Part shown: positions 24,111 to 36,205 of the stretch, piece after piece
How the letters are laid out: every line of letters starts with the position of its first letter
Position numbering within the stretch: position 1 is the stretch's first letter
Source of the DNA: Gracilinanus agilis
Lineage: Eukaryota
NCBI RefSeq assembly: GCF_016433145.1
Contig: NC_058135.1
Location: 235,929,549 to 235,993,548 of the forward strand
Direction: 5' to 3'
Length of the DNA stretch: 64,000 bases
Notes under the pieces: generated by a model
Told to the model about the DNA's origin: nothing
The model's input: only the letters and a program-made list of their open reading frames with translations
Database searches by the model: none
Made by a program: the position numbers and the translations under genes

Positions 24111-24451
24111 TTATAATGACCTGATCATAAAGCAGAAAGGTTTTTTAGTAATTAGGGAAGGAAGGCTTCCTGGAGGAGGTGACATTGTAGCTGGGCCTTA
24201 AACAATGGGTATTTTTTTCAGCAGGCAAAGGTGGAATTCTAGATATAGGAAACTGAGCAAAGGCAATGAGGAAGTAATTGCAACAGTGTGGGAAAGATGA
24301 CAAGAGGCAGTGTGGTTGAGTGGTGAAAGTATGTTGGAGCTGTAGTCTCTGGACTCGGGTCCATATTCCAAGTTTGCTCACTTACTATCTGAGTGACTTG
24401 GACAAGTGACTTTCATTCAGTTTATTCATCTGGGAACCAAATGGACTAGAA

Positions 24452-24646
24452 GAGTGGTGTCAAACAAATAGAAATGGATCCCTGCTGGATGAATATTGAC
24501 TTAACAAACCACAAATTAACATTTTCGGTGTTGTATTGTAGTTTTATCTATTCTGATAAACATTTCTCAATTACATTTTCATCTGGTTCAGAATGCAGTT
24601 TTGTAAGCTTTCAAGCTGCTTTTGGGTCTCAAGTTTGTAACCTTTG
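24452..24646 (+). mobile_element. hAT-type MITE (Charlie/MER63-like) with 8-bp TSD
   Basis: Starts gagtggtgtcaaac, ends gtttgtaacctttg. Flanks GACTAGAA (24444-24451) and GACTAGAT (24647-24654). Confidence 0.7.
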
Positions 24647-24898
24647 GACTAGATGACTTCTAAGGTCCCCTTCAGCTCAAAAATCTGTGGGATAGTATGA
24701 GTTAAGGCTGGAAGGGTAGAATGGTACCAGATTGTGGAGAATCTTGTTTCTAGGAAATATAGAAAGTAAGGGTGATTTTAGAGTAACCTATGAAGAATAC
24801 ACAGTATTCAAAATGAAGACCAGTTAAGAACATCTATATATTCTCTGGTTATTAGGGAGAATTAAATTTTCCTTATGAGAATGGGGATTCAATACATG

Positions 24899-25005
24899 GA
24901 AATAAGGAGAAGGAGGAGGAGGAAGGAGAAGAAAAAGAACAGGAAGGAGAAAGAGAAGGAGAACGAGAAGGAAAAGAAGAAGGAGAAGGAGGAGATGGAG
25001 ATGAT
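24899..25005 (+). repeat. Purine-rich (GAA/GGA) low-complexity tract
   Basis: Read directly; explains the K/E/R-rich ORF 24875-25069. Confidence 0.9.
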
Positions 25006-25675
25006 CTGTGTTAGGAGGGTGGAGGGTGGAAGAATATTACTTGAACTACTCAATATAAAAGTTAGCTGAGGAAATGAAGGGAAGAAGATGAATATGGAAT
25101 GTTAAGAACTAAGGAATTTCACCCTTTGAGGAGGAAACCTTTGTCTTGATATGCACTCTTGAGAACTTATTGAACTTATCCAATAGAATTACAAGAAACA
25201 GTAATGGTGGATGATGGCTCCCAGTTGAAGGAAATTTAAGGCAGCTATTTATTGACCCAACTATAACAGTAGATCTACCGAGATCCTCAAATCTTCTTGG
25301 GGCTTGCATCATGGATCTGACAGGGAACCCCAAGACTTGTCAGACTTGGTGTTGTCTGCTACTTACTTCTGATGATTCACCTGGATATACTGAATATAGT
25401 CATAAAGAATCTAGAAAGCATCACTAAGGATGATGAAATCTCTGGCAAGAAACTGAGAACCTTAGAAGGGAGAGGTGTTGTTTTCATCAGACAGCAAAGA
25501 GATTCAGAAAAGGAGGACAGATTTGGGAAGAGGTGTCTGAGAAATGGATTTGGATTTCTAGACCAGATGTGTGTGGCCAACAACACTTCTAAGTGTTATA
25601 CAAAAGAGATTAAATTGTAATTGGGGAATGTTTAGCAAAACAAAAAATAAAGCAATAGAACATAAATAACATTAC

Positions 25676-25858
25676 ATTTTTTAAACCCTTAACTTCTGTG
25701 TATTGGCTCCTTGGTGGAAGAGTGGTAAGGGTGGGCAATGGGGGTCAACTGACTTGCCCAGGGTCACACAGCTGGGAAGTGTCTGAGGCCAGATTTGAAC
25801 CTAGGTCCTCCCATCTCTAGGCCTGGCTCTCAATCCACTGAGCTACCCAGCTGCCCCC
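25676..25858 (-). mobile_element. Young SINE1_Mdo-like SINE
   Basis: aaacccttaacttctgtgtattgg...gagctacccagctgcccc. Confidence 0.9.
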
Positions 25859-25859
25859 T

Positions 25860-26885
25860 CTGATATAGATTTTACATGGACAATGCATTTTTCCATTTTA
25901 GTCATTTTGTAGAAGAGAACTTGAATGAAAAAATGAAATACAATATGTTTCAAGTTGTATTCAGACTCCATCAGTTCTTTCTCTGGAGGCTGATGGCATT
26001 TTTCATCATGTGTCTTGGGGATGGTCTTAGATCACTGTCGTGCTAAGAATAGCTAAGTCATTCACAATTGGGCATCATACAATATTGCTTTTACTGTGTA
26101 CAATGTTTTCCTCATTCTGATCACCTCACTTTGCATTGGTTCATATAAGTCTTTCCAGGTTTTTCTGAAACCATCTTTCTCATCATAATATTCCATTACA
26201 ATCATATACCACACCTTTTTCAACCATTCCCCAATTGCTGGACATCCCAGTTCTTTGCTACCACAAAAAAGGCTGCTATAAATATTTTTGTACAAGTAAG
26301 TCCTTTCCTCTTTAAAAAATCTCTTTGGGATACAGACCTAGTAGTGGTATTGTTGGATCAAAGGAAATGTGCAGTTTTATAGCCCTTTGAGCATAGTTCC
26401 AAATTCTTCTCAGAGCAGTTGAATCAGTTCACAACTCTACCAACAGTACATTGGTATTTCAGTTTTTCCACATTTTCTCCAACATTCATCATTTTTCTTT
26501 TATGTCATATTAAGCAATCTAGTAGGTGTGACGTGGTACCCTAGTATTGTTTTAATTTACATTTTTCTTCTCAAGAATTATTATTTTTTATGACTATTGA
26601 TAGCTTTGATTTCTTAATCTGAAAACTACCTGTTTGTGTCCTTTGACCATTTATTCATTGAGAAATGACTTGTATTCTTATAAATTTGACTCAATTCTCT
26701 TTATACTTGAGAAATGAAGTCTTAATCAGAACCACTTGTAACATTTTTTCCAGCTTTCTGCTTTTCTAATAATCTTGGCTGCATTGGTTTTGTTTGTGCA
26801 AAACCTTTTTTATTTAATATAATTAAAATGATCCATTTTACATCCTATAATACTCTATCTCTTGTTTGGCCATAAATTCTTCCAC
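25860..26885 (-). mobile_element. L1 3' fragment (~1 kb; 3' UTR and end of ORF2)
   Basis: Antisense L1 motifs: catcagttctttctctggagg, gtgtgacgtggtaccc, tttgtgcaaaacctttt. Confidence 0.85.
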
Positions 26886-27870
26886 AGAGATCCTTATGTA
26901 TGAATTAGTGGCCCTTGCTTTTATTTGAGTTCGACACCACTATCTTAGACGACAAATTAAAACATAGGAATGATGGACACAGTCAAGGAAGGAGGACATC
27001 TAACAAAGACTGGTTAAAAACCCCAACTATTTGTTTTCTGTCTCCCATATATACTCAAAGGGCTACAAACTGAAAAGGTGGGGAGAGGACTTCCCATATC
27101 TTTCCAACAAGTAGACAGAAAATATCTCTAGAATAAGAAGTAGAATTATAGTAGAGACTTGCAGAAATTCCCAAGAGAAGCCATAATCCAAAAGCAAAAA
27201 TCAAGGAAAGGAGCCAGCAACAAAATTAAATCCATGGCCTTAGATTTCTATAGGCAGATATACATATAAATATATGTGTGTATATAAAGGCAAACATAGG
27301 AAGTATGAGCAACAGATAAGACTAACCAGGGCTAAAGGAAAGTAAATTGGACCTTAGAGACATTATCAAGATTTGGTATGATAGGGTTCATGCCTAGAGC
27401 TTGAATCTAGAGCTGGGAGTTCACCACCTTTTTTACGGCATGGTCTTCCTTGGGCAAGATCCCATCTCTCTCTTGCCTTTCACACTTTAAAGTTGCATTC
27501 ATGAAGCTAGCCTCAACTAGCAGGGCTGACTGTTTAGGTGATGGCTGCAGGCAGGTTCGTTTAAAGAGAAAGGCTGGTGCTTTCCTTGGGTGTCTTGCCC
27601 ACAGTTGCTACCTTCCTACTCCTGCAGCTCAGCCGCTCTTCCTCTTCCTAGGCAGTTCCCAACTGAAAACTCAGCAAAGCCAAGAGCCAAGGGTGGAAGA
27701 TGAGGGCAGACATCTGGGTTTCCTGTCCCAGGCTGGACTCTCCTCATTTTATTCAAGTCAGGCAGCAACAGTGTTCACAGAGGAGCAAGTAAAGGGTGCC
27801 ATCTTGGATGGAGAGGTTGAATTCTGCTTGTGGAGGCTCAGTCCAGTTTGGTCCTTCAACCATGCTGCCT

Positions 27871-28086
27871 TCTTTTGTTTTTCTTTTCTTCTAAAAACCC
27901 TCACCTTCCATCTTGGGATCAATCTGTGTCTTGGTTCCAAGGCAGAAGAACAGTAAAGGCTAGGCAATTGGGGTTAAGTGACTCTCCCAGGGTCACAATG
28001 CTAGGAAGTGTCTGAGGCCACATTTGAACTCAGGACCTCCCATTTCTATGCCTGACTCTCAATGCCCTGAACCATCTCACTGTCCC
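27871..28086 (-). mobile_element. SINE1_Mdo-like SINE
   Basis: aaaccctcaccttccatcttggg...ctaggaagtgtctgaggccacatttgaactc. Confidence 0.85.
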
Positions 28087-29569
28087 GGTCCTGAGGCAAT
28101 TTCATACCCATTGAAAATGGGGCAGTGACATAAATTAGTCTTAGGGATTGCACTTAACTTCTATCACCTCCAGTTAATTCAAGAGTCTACAGAGGAGGAG
28201 TCTAGCCCTGACTTGTGCTCCCCCTTCTGTCTGCCTGGTTACCCCAAGATTCTCTCCCTGGCCAGTCTGTAGAGACCCTCACAGGGTTTGACGGGATAGG
28301 ATAGAAGCGAGGACAGCTGGGAGACAGACGGCCAGTTGGGCAAAGACAGTTGACGTTTGTATGGCATTTTAATGTGTGTGAAGTCCTTTGAGCCTCACAG
28401 CAGCCCTGAGAAGCAGGGACTAGAGGGGTCATTATCCCCATTTTACAGACAAGGAAAATGAGGCTTAGGAGGTTTAAATCACTCGCATGGCTCTGGGTGT
28501 AAAGCTTGCATCAGAGGCAGGATGCAAACCCAGGGCTCTCCCAGCTCCATGTTCAGTGCTTTTCCCGGAATACCAAATTGTCATGAATATACATGTAAAC
28601 ATATACACATGTGAGTAAACATGTCTGCGTATACACATATATACGCACCCTTTCCTCTCTCTATAATCCTAGAGCCATAGTATGTCCGAGATTTATTCAT
28701 TCATTCACCAACATTTATTAAGCATCTCCTGTGTGGCAAGTCTCATGTTAGACAGATAATAGAATATCTGAGTGGAAGTGATCTTAGATCAATTAAAGAT
28801 GGCAGAACCTGCAAAGGGAACAGAGAATGCCAAAGCAAGAAGGAACCTTATTTGTTCCTCCATGAATTCAATAAGCACTTATTAAACACCTGCTGTGTGC
28901 CCAGCCCTGCAAGCCATACAGGGAATATAGAGGCAAGCATGGAGCGAGTCCTGTCCTCATTTTAGAACATGAAAGACGGAAGAGACCTTAGAATGCAGAA
29001 TGGAAGACTGTTAGAACCATCAAATACCTGCACAGGCTGGAGACAGCTGGAACAGGGAAGTGACTTGCCCACAGTCACCCAGCAGCCCAGGGGGTGTAGT
29101 GGGAGCTTTAGGTCTCTGGAGGACAGAGCCTGGATGGGCTGCGGAGCTGGCTGAGTTCCCACAGGCACTCGATGCCGTTTCCCAGTCAAGAAGAGGCGTT
29201 GAAGCGCAGATGTCATCCTTCACCTTGTCTCCTGCTGTAATTACTGGTTTGAGTTTGACTTGCCTCCAAAATACTAATCCGCATCTAAGCTCAGTGTCAG
29301 ATCTGCAGGTGGGAGGATGAGTAACGTTTATCAACAAGCCCATCAGAAACTCTGTTCCTGCTGTCTGACAAGGCTGCCCACCCCTGCTACTGCCACTGGC
29401 CTGGCCCTGGAGACGAGAACGGTGACAGCAGCCGAGCCCAGCAAGTTGGGTTTGGCAGGGAGCAGAGTTCTGAGGATGTAATTAGAAAGCTCTGAGTTCA
29501 AATTCTGTGATTCAGGCACTAGCTTGGTGAGCTTCATTTTCTTCATCTGTAAAATGGTGATAAGACCAC

Positions 29570-30100
29570 TTGTTCAGTAATTTCAGTTGTATTCAACTCT
29601 TTGTGACCCCATTAGGGGTTTCCTTCCTTCCTTCCTACCTTCCTTCCTTCCTTCCTTCCTTCCTTCCTTCCTTCCTTCCTTCCTTCCTTCCCTCCCTCCC
29701 TCCCTCCCTTTTTCCTTACTTTCTCTCTTAGTAATAACTCTAAGACAGAAGGATGAGGACTAGGCAAATAGAGTTAAGTGATTTGCCCAGGGTTACATAG
29801 CTAGGAAGTGTTTGAGGCCACATTTGAACCCAGGTCCTCCCCAATCCAAGCCAAGCACTCTTAACCATTGTGATACTTAGCTTCCCTCCATTAGGGGTTG
29901 TCTTAGCAAAGGTTATTGACATGGTTTGCCATTTCCTTCTTCTGATCATTTTACAGGCAAAGAACTAAGGTGACCAGGGTTAAGTGACATGTCCAGTGTC
30001 ACACAGTGAGTAAGTGTCTGCGGCTGGATTTGAATCCAGGAAGATGTGTCTTCCTAAGTCCAGGCCCCTCACGCTATGTACTGGACCACGTAGCTGCCCC
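29570..30100 (-). mobile_element. MAR1 SINE (CORE plus RTE/Bov-B-type tail) interrupted by a SINE1
   Basis: ttgttcag...ctctttgtgacccc...tggtttgccatttccttc...cgtagctgcccc, the reverse complement of the MAR1 consensus. Confidence 0.85.
29621..29887 (-). mobile_element. SINE1-like insertion with (GGAA)n tail and 12-bp TSD
   Basis: (TTCC)n at 29621-29710, then SINE body. CCATTAGGGGTT at 29609-29620 and 29888-29899. Confidence 0.85.
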
Positions 30101-30630
30101 TCTAGGATCACCTGCCTCACAGATCTCTTTTAACGATCCAGTGCTATAGTACATGTAAAGTGCTTTGCAAACCTTAAATTGCTCTATAATTGCTGGCTAT
30201 TATTATTGCTGTTGTGGTTGTTGTTACCTTGGACAAACTACTCTCAGAGGCTTTTTCTGTTTCTGTGAGATGAAGGTGTTGAAGCTTGGGGATTTCTTAA
30301 GGTTCCTTCTTCCCCCAATCCTGTGAATTACCATAGGAACAGGGAGCCATGTCCATATACTTTGGAGAGCAGTGACAAAGATTCCCTACAGAAGAGGTTT
30401 CCTCTGTTTCTGCATTGCCCCCTTGCCCTTGCCCCAAAATAATTAGGGCTCACCAGGGGCAGGGCAGAGGACATTCTGAATTACATATTCTCTGGTCTCC
30501 AATGCAGCCCCCTGGGAAAAGGACCCCAGGATGGAGAGAAACAGGCTCCCTGTTCTTAGCATCTTCTCCTGGTTCTACTTCAACTGTGCTCGGAGCTCAG
30601 CATCCCCTGACTCTGCAGAGACAATTGAAA

Positions 30631-30644
30631 GTTGCCATGGTAAT
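30631..30644. promoter_or_regulatory. RFX X-box-like motif
   Basis: GTTGCCATGGTAAT, 13/14 to GTTRCCATGGYAAC, in non-repeat sequence. Confidence 0.35.
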
Positions 30645-31774
30645 GGGAGCAGAGAGGGAATTGGCCTCCCTGTTCTCTCCTCCCTCCCCCATGTGCCCCA
30701 ACCATTCACTGGCACAAAGTCTCGGGTGGCATCCTTGGATCTGCCAGTGCCTATAACCAGGATGAGCTTCCCCACTCCCCCACTCCATGAATCCCCTGCA
30801 AACCTCTGAAGCTTCCTTTGGCTTCTGGCTGGGAACATTTCAGAATCGAAAACCTGCAAGTAGCAGGCTGTCACTGGAAAGAGATTTTAGCCTTTTTCTG
30901 CTTGGCCCTGTTGCACAAAACTGAGATAGGGACAAGAAGTTATAGGGAAGTGAATTTTAGCTCAGAATTAGGCAGAACTTTCTAGTAATAATACACACAT
31001 AGAATGCTTTAAGGTTTACTAAACTGTTTTCTCCCAAGATCATCCTTTGAGCTAAGCTTTAAAAGTATAATTATTCCTGTTTTCCAGATGAAGAAACTGA
31101 GGCTCAGAGAAGCTAATTGATTTTCCCAAGTTCATAAGTGTATCTCTCCTTTTCTAAAGCCTTACCTAGTGTGGTGAGGGCTAGGGAATGGGAGTGACTT
31201 ATCCAGGGTCATACAGCTGAGAAGAATCCAAGGTCAGATTTGAACCCAGGACCTCCAGTCTCCAGACTGGATCTCAATCCACTGAGCTGTCCCCCAGAAG
31301 TCTATCTCTTATGAACTGTAATACAAATCAGTGTAAGCTGTTCTACAGTGGAACAGGCTTAATTTTAAGGGAAACGAATTAGCTTCCTTCCAAACAGGTT
31401 CCCCAAGTAAGATGAGGGAAAGTGGAGATGTGGCTCCTTGCTCTGATGTTGGGGTTTGGGGCTGAATGGGAACCTGTAAGGGTGGGGATTACATGTTGGT
31501 GTGTGACTGAGAGTGCTGGCTCTGAAGATTATAGGAGCCTACATCCTAGAATTGATGGGGCAGCCAGAGGACATTTTATTGGACCTTCATCTGAATCACA
31601 GATTCTCAGTTGAAAAGAGATTTCAGGGGATTACCTGGTCTAACCTGGTTTAGGTATTCTCTCTACAGCATCCCTAACATAGGCCATGCTTGGGAGAGCA
31701 TCATTCACAGGAGGTTTGCCCCTCCTAAGTTATATCATTCCACTTTTGGACAGCTTTCAAGGAGCAACTAATTT

Positions 31775-32008
31775 GGGCAGCTAGATGGCACAGTGGATAG
31801 AACGCTGGATGTGGACTCAGGAAAACTCATCTTCATATCTGACCTCAGATCACTTACTAGCTGTATGACCCTGGGCAAGTCACTTCACCCTGTTTGCCTC
31901 AGTTTTCTCATCTATAAAATGAACTCGAGAAGGAAATGGCAAACCACTTCAGTATCTTCTCTAAGAACCCCCCAATGGAGTCAAAAGGAGTCAGACACTG
32001 AAGAACAA
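31775..32008 (+). mobile_element. MAR1 SINE, full length
   Basis: gggcagctagatggcacagtggatag...gagaaggaaatggcaaaccac...ggagtcagacactgaagaacaa. Confidence 0.9.
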
Positions 32009-32806
32009 TTTAAGGAAGTTTTTCCTTATCTAGAGCTTAAATCGGCCTCTCTGTAACTTCTCCCCACCCCCCTCATTTTATCCTCTGAAGCCAATCAGAC
32101 AAAGTCCCTCTTTGGCTTGAAGATGATGGATCTGTCTTACAAAGAGGGAAACAGCTCTGCTGAGGCTAGAAGCCAGCCCTGATCTTTAAGAAATGGCTAA
32201 GCCCCTTGGGTGGCCAGTCACAGCTCAAGATGAAGGTTTCCCAGGCCAGATGAGACAGCCTCAACTTGATTACGCATGATTCAGTCATAACTCTTTGGTG
32301 GAAACAGCCCCGTGGGGACTGGGAAGACCTTTCATTTTCTACTGTCTGCTCTTCTGTCAAACTGATTTCCACATGGGTAGACACAATTTGCCTTCAGTAA
32401 AACATTCCTTCAGTGCCTCATCCTCTCTCAACTGAGATGGGATTATGGATTTAGGCCTGGAAGAGATTCGAGATGCCATCTAGCCCAACCTGTTCATTTT
32501 ATAGATAAGGAAACTGAGTCCTGAAGAGGTCAAGTGACAGGGTCTGGCACATAGTGGACATTTAGTAAATACATGTTGATTGCCTGTGGTCTGAAGGGTA
32601 ATAAAGGAGGCAGAACTGACTCTAAACCCAGTGTTGTTTCTACCATATTGTGCTTCTTCCCAAGAGGATCTGGGCTCTTGAAGACTTTGCCAGTAGGGTA
32701 CAAGCTTGGAGAATTGTCAGGGTACTTCTGGTGCCCTGAAACTTTGGCTCTGAGTCCTGGGATCATGGGGAGGGGGCAGCAGGAAAACCATTAAAATTAT
32801 TTAATA

Positions 32807-33010
32807 GGGACCATCTGGGTTGCTCAGTGGATAAGAGCCAGACTTAGAGATGGGAGGTCCTGGGTTCAAATGTGACCTCAGACACTTCCTAGCTATATGA
32901 TTCTGGGCAAGTCATTTAACCTCCAATGACTAGCCCTTACTGCTCTTCTGCCTTGAAATCAATACATAATATTGTTTCTAAGATAGAAGGTAAGAGTTTT
33001 ATAAAAAAAA
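32807..33010 (+). mobile_element. SINE1_Mdo-like SINE
   Basis: Head, CORE and tail present. Confidence 0.85.
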
Positions 33011-34084
33011 CCATTTAAGAGACTCCTCTTCTGTGCTGTGCCCTGTGCTTAGCGCTGGGGGCTTGAAGACAAAAATGAAGCAATGCCTACCCTCCAGGAC
33101 CTTCTGGTCCATAACATGAGGCAGTTAGCTGAGCAGCTTGCTTGGGGAGAAGTGACTCCAGGCCAGAGCAGGGAGCTGTTGCTCAGGGCATAAATATTCC
33201 ATGATGTTGGATGTGAAACTGAATCCTTGGTACAACCTGCTGCTCCTCTTGCCTTGTGGACAGATACAATCTGAGCAGGATTCAGAGGAAACCTTGGATG
33301 AGATTTGTACTTGTAGGTACACACATATACATGGGCAGCTTTGAGAACATGCCATTTGCACCCCCAGCCCCACATCCTCTTTCTTCACAATGATACCTAC
33401 CTTGCCTTGGCTTGCTTAGAAGTAGCCTGGGTGCAGGGGAAACAGCCATAGATTGGAAATTTCCCATTTATTTGCTGCATGATCTTGGGCAAGCATCTTT
33501 CACTCCCTGTGCCTCAGTTTCCTCGAGGATTTACCCCAAACTCTAACATTGTTCCAAGGTCCCTTCCAACTCTGATACTCTTTGTTCTAAGGTCCCTCCT
33601 CATTCTTGTAGTCTGTGTTCTAGGGTTGTGTTGGCGAACCTAAGGCATTCGTGCCAGAGGAGGCTGCTCCCTTCCTCCTCTCCACATGCACCCGAGGACA
33701 TTTCTCGAGGACATTTCTCCTATCACCCACCCCTCTGTCCAGTAACCCAATGGGAACACTTCCTCCCTCCCCTGTCAGGGGTAAGGCAGGGGGCTCACAT
33801 GCAATGTGAGGGTTGTAGTTTGAGTGCTTGGTCTCTAAAAGGTTCACCATCACTGTTCTAGGGTATCTTTGAGCTTTGATACTCAGTGTTCTAAGATCTC
33901 TCCCTAAACTGCATTTCTGACAAAACTTAACTATACTGAAAAGTTCTCTCTTCTATTTTGGGCAGTTAATTTCTATTCTGGACCTCAGTTTTCTTTTCTG
34001 TTAAAGGACATTGTAGCCCCTGCCTTGCCATCCCATTGGTATTGCTATGAGGGTCAAATGAAACCAGTCATTATTTTTTTTCTT

Positions 34085-34680
34085 TGTTTAAAACCAGTCA
34101 TCATTAACTGCCTACTATGTACCAGGCAGTTTTCTAGGAAGATACAAAAACAAGAATGAAATAATCACTGTCCTGAGGGCATTTACATTTCAACAAGGAA
34201 AGCAGTATGAAAAATATGCCTATATAATACAGGTACAAAATAAATGCTAAGTGTTTTCATTTGGGAAGGGCACTAGCAGCTGGTGGGGTTCATGTAGTTG
34301 GTGGTGCTTATGCTGAGCTTTGATGGATTCTAAGAATCACTCCAGGCATGGTGTTTGGGTGTTTTGAAGACACCCCCAAATACAGAGATGGGAGGAGTGT
34401 TAGGTGAAGAACAGAAAAGTCTAGTTTATCAGGAGCATAAAGTGTGTGAATGAGAGTCTAGAATAATAAGACTGAGAAGGAAATATGGAGCCAGATTGGC
34501 AAGTGTTTTAAATATCAAGAAGAGAAAATTTTATTTAATTCTACATGTAATAGGGAACCACTGGAGTTTCTTGAGCAGGGGAATGACCTGGTGAGACGTG
34601 CTCTTTTGGAATGTCACTTTGATAGTGATAAATTGGAAAGAAGAGTCACCTGAGGCAGGGAGACAGATTAGGAGGATTTT
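34085..34680 (-). mobile_element. L2 LINE 3' fragment
   Basis: ctgcctactatgtaccaggca...tagggaaccactggagtttcttgagcagggg. Confidence 0.75.
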
Positions 34681-34958
34681 TCTTTTTAAAGGCTAGACTG
34701 GAGAGAAGAACCACTTAAAACAGGGAAATCAAATAGTTACTTTTTTTCTTTTTACTGTTGTTATTGTGACCATCTTGTCTGAGAGGTGAGAAGATGATTG
34801 ATGTCTTAAGTGAATCCTCCAATAGGAAGTTGTTTAGTTAGTAGTGAAGGGAAGGGGAGAAGTTCCTTTAGCAAAGTCACATACCAAATGTTCTCAGCCC
34901 TTTCTTGGATGCAGAGACTCACCTGAAAGACGACACCTCATCTTTAAAAGGGGAAGGA

Positions 34959-35148
34959 GGTGGCAGCTAGATGGTTCAGGGGATTGAGAGGACAGGAGGT
35001 CCTGGGTTTGAATCTGGCCTTAGACACTTCCTAATTGTGTGACCCTGGGCAAGTCACTGAACCCCCATTGCCTAGCCTTTACTGTTCTTCTTCCTTGGAA
35101 CCAATACTTGGTATTGATTCTAAGACAGAAGATAAGAAAGTTTAAAAA
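34959..35148 (+). mobile_element. SINE1_Mdo-like SINE
   Basis: ggcagctagatggttcag...tattgattctaagacagaag. Confidence 0.85.
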
Positions 35149-35324
35149 GAAGTGGGGGAGGAGGTGGACCATTAGACTCTCAAAGTCACAAGTTTAGAGC
35201 TGGAAGAGATCATAGGATTAGACTGAGAGTTGAGGGGATCCTCACAGGTGATTTAGGCCAAACCCCTCATTTTACTGATGTAAAATCTGAGGTCTTATCA
35301 GTGGTTAAGAGATATGTTTAATTC

Positions 35325-35478
35325 TGTGTTCAAATCTGATCTCAGACACTTCCCAGCTGGGTGACCCTGGGCAAGTCACTTAACCCCCATTGCCTAATCC
35401 TTACTGATCTTCTGATTTAGAACCAATACACAATATTGATTCTAAGATGGAATGTAAGGGTTTTTTTTTTTTTTTTAA
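35325..35478 (+). mobile_element. 5'-truncated SINE1_Mdo-like SINE with expanded T tail
   Basis: gttcaaatctgatctcagacacttcccagctgg...gtaaggg followed by a long T run. Confidence 0.8.
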
Positions 35479-36066
35479 AGAGGTCTGCTCAAGTTCTCCT
35501 AGGTAAGAAAAGGTGGCAATCTGAATCTAGGTCCTCTGACTCCACACCTAGTCCTGGCTCTTCTGCCCCAGCTTGCTTGAACTCTTCTGGCCAGCACATA
35601 AAGGAGATTGGGGCCAGGTCATTGACTGACTGGACCTGTGCTAACTGTCCTCATAGATTCATGCCAATCAATTGTTCAATCAATCACCAAGTTATTAAAC
35701 ACATAGTATATTGGTAGCTACTTGGCACAGTGGATAGAGGGCTGGACTTGAGTCAGGAAGATCTCAGAATGGCTGAGTGACCCTGGACAAGTCACTTAAC
35801 TTCTCTCTGCCTCAGTTCACTCATCTGCAAAATGGGAATAATAATAACTTCCCCATCAGTCATGAAGATTAGATGAGAGAATATCTATAAAGCGCTTTGC
35901 AAATATTTAAGCACCATTCCAATGCTAGCTCTATTATTATTGTTGTTGTTGTTGTATTATGTGCCAGTCTCTGCCTTCAGGGAACTCACCTTCTAGAGAT
36001 AGAAGCACTTCAGAAGTCCTGGAGTTGGACCATCTTATTGTGCAGAATAAGAAGCTGAGGCCAGAG

Positions 36067-36205
36067 NNNNNNNNNNNNNNNNNNNNNNNNNNNNNNNNNN
36101 NNNNNNNNNNNNNNNNNNNNNNNNNNNNNNNNNNNNNNNNNNNNNNNNNNNNNNNNNNNNNNNNNNNNNNNNNNNNNNNNNNNNNNNNNNNNNNNNNNNN
36201 NNNNN
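36067..36205. other. Assembly gap (N run; end coordinate +/-1)
   Basis: Run of N. Confidence 0.95.

Larger units (their letters stand above)
25564..26942 (-). mobile_element. Same hAT MITE family, split by a SINE and an L1
   Basis: Head (reverse complement of agtggtgtcgaactcaaata...gccactaattcatacataaggatc) at 26885-26942; body at 25564-25675. Flanks TTCTAGAC and TCTTAGAC. Confidence 0.65.

Noticed and set aside
24875-25069. K/E/R-rich ORF
   Set aside because: It is the translation of a GAA/GGA low-complexity tract.
26950-27250. Possible L1 ORF2 endonuclease remnant
   Set aside because: Only one short motif (aaccccaactatttgtt) resembles the consensus; too degraded to call without a search.
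30631-30644. 14-nt identity to 28S rRNA (GTTGCCATGGTAAT)
   Set aside because: The match does not extend on either side; it is coincidence or an RFX motif.
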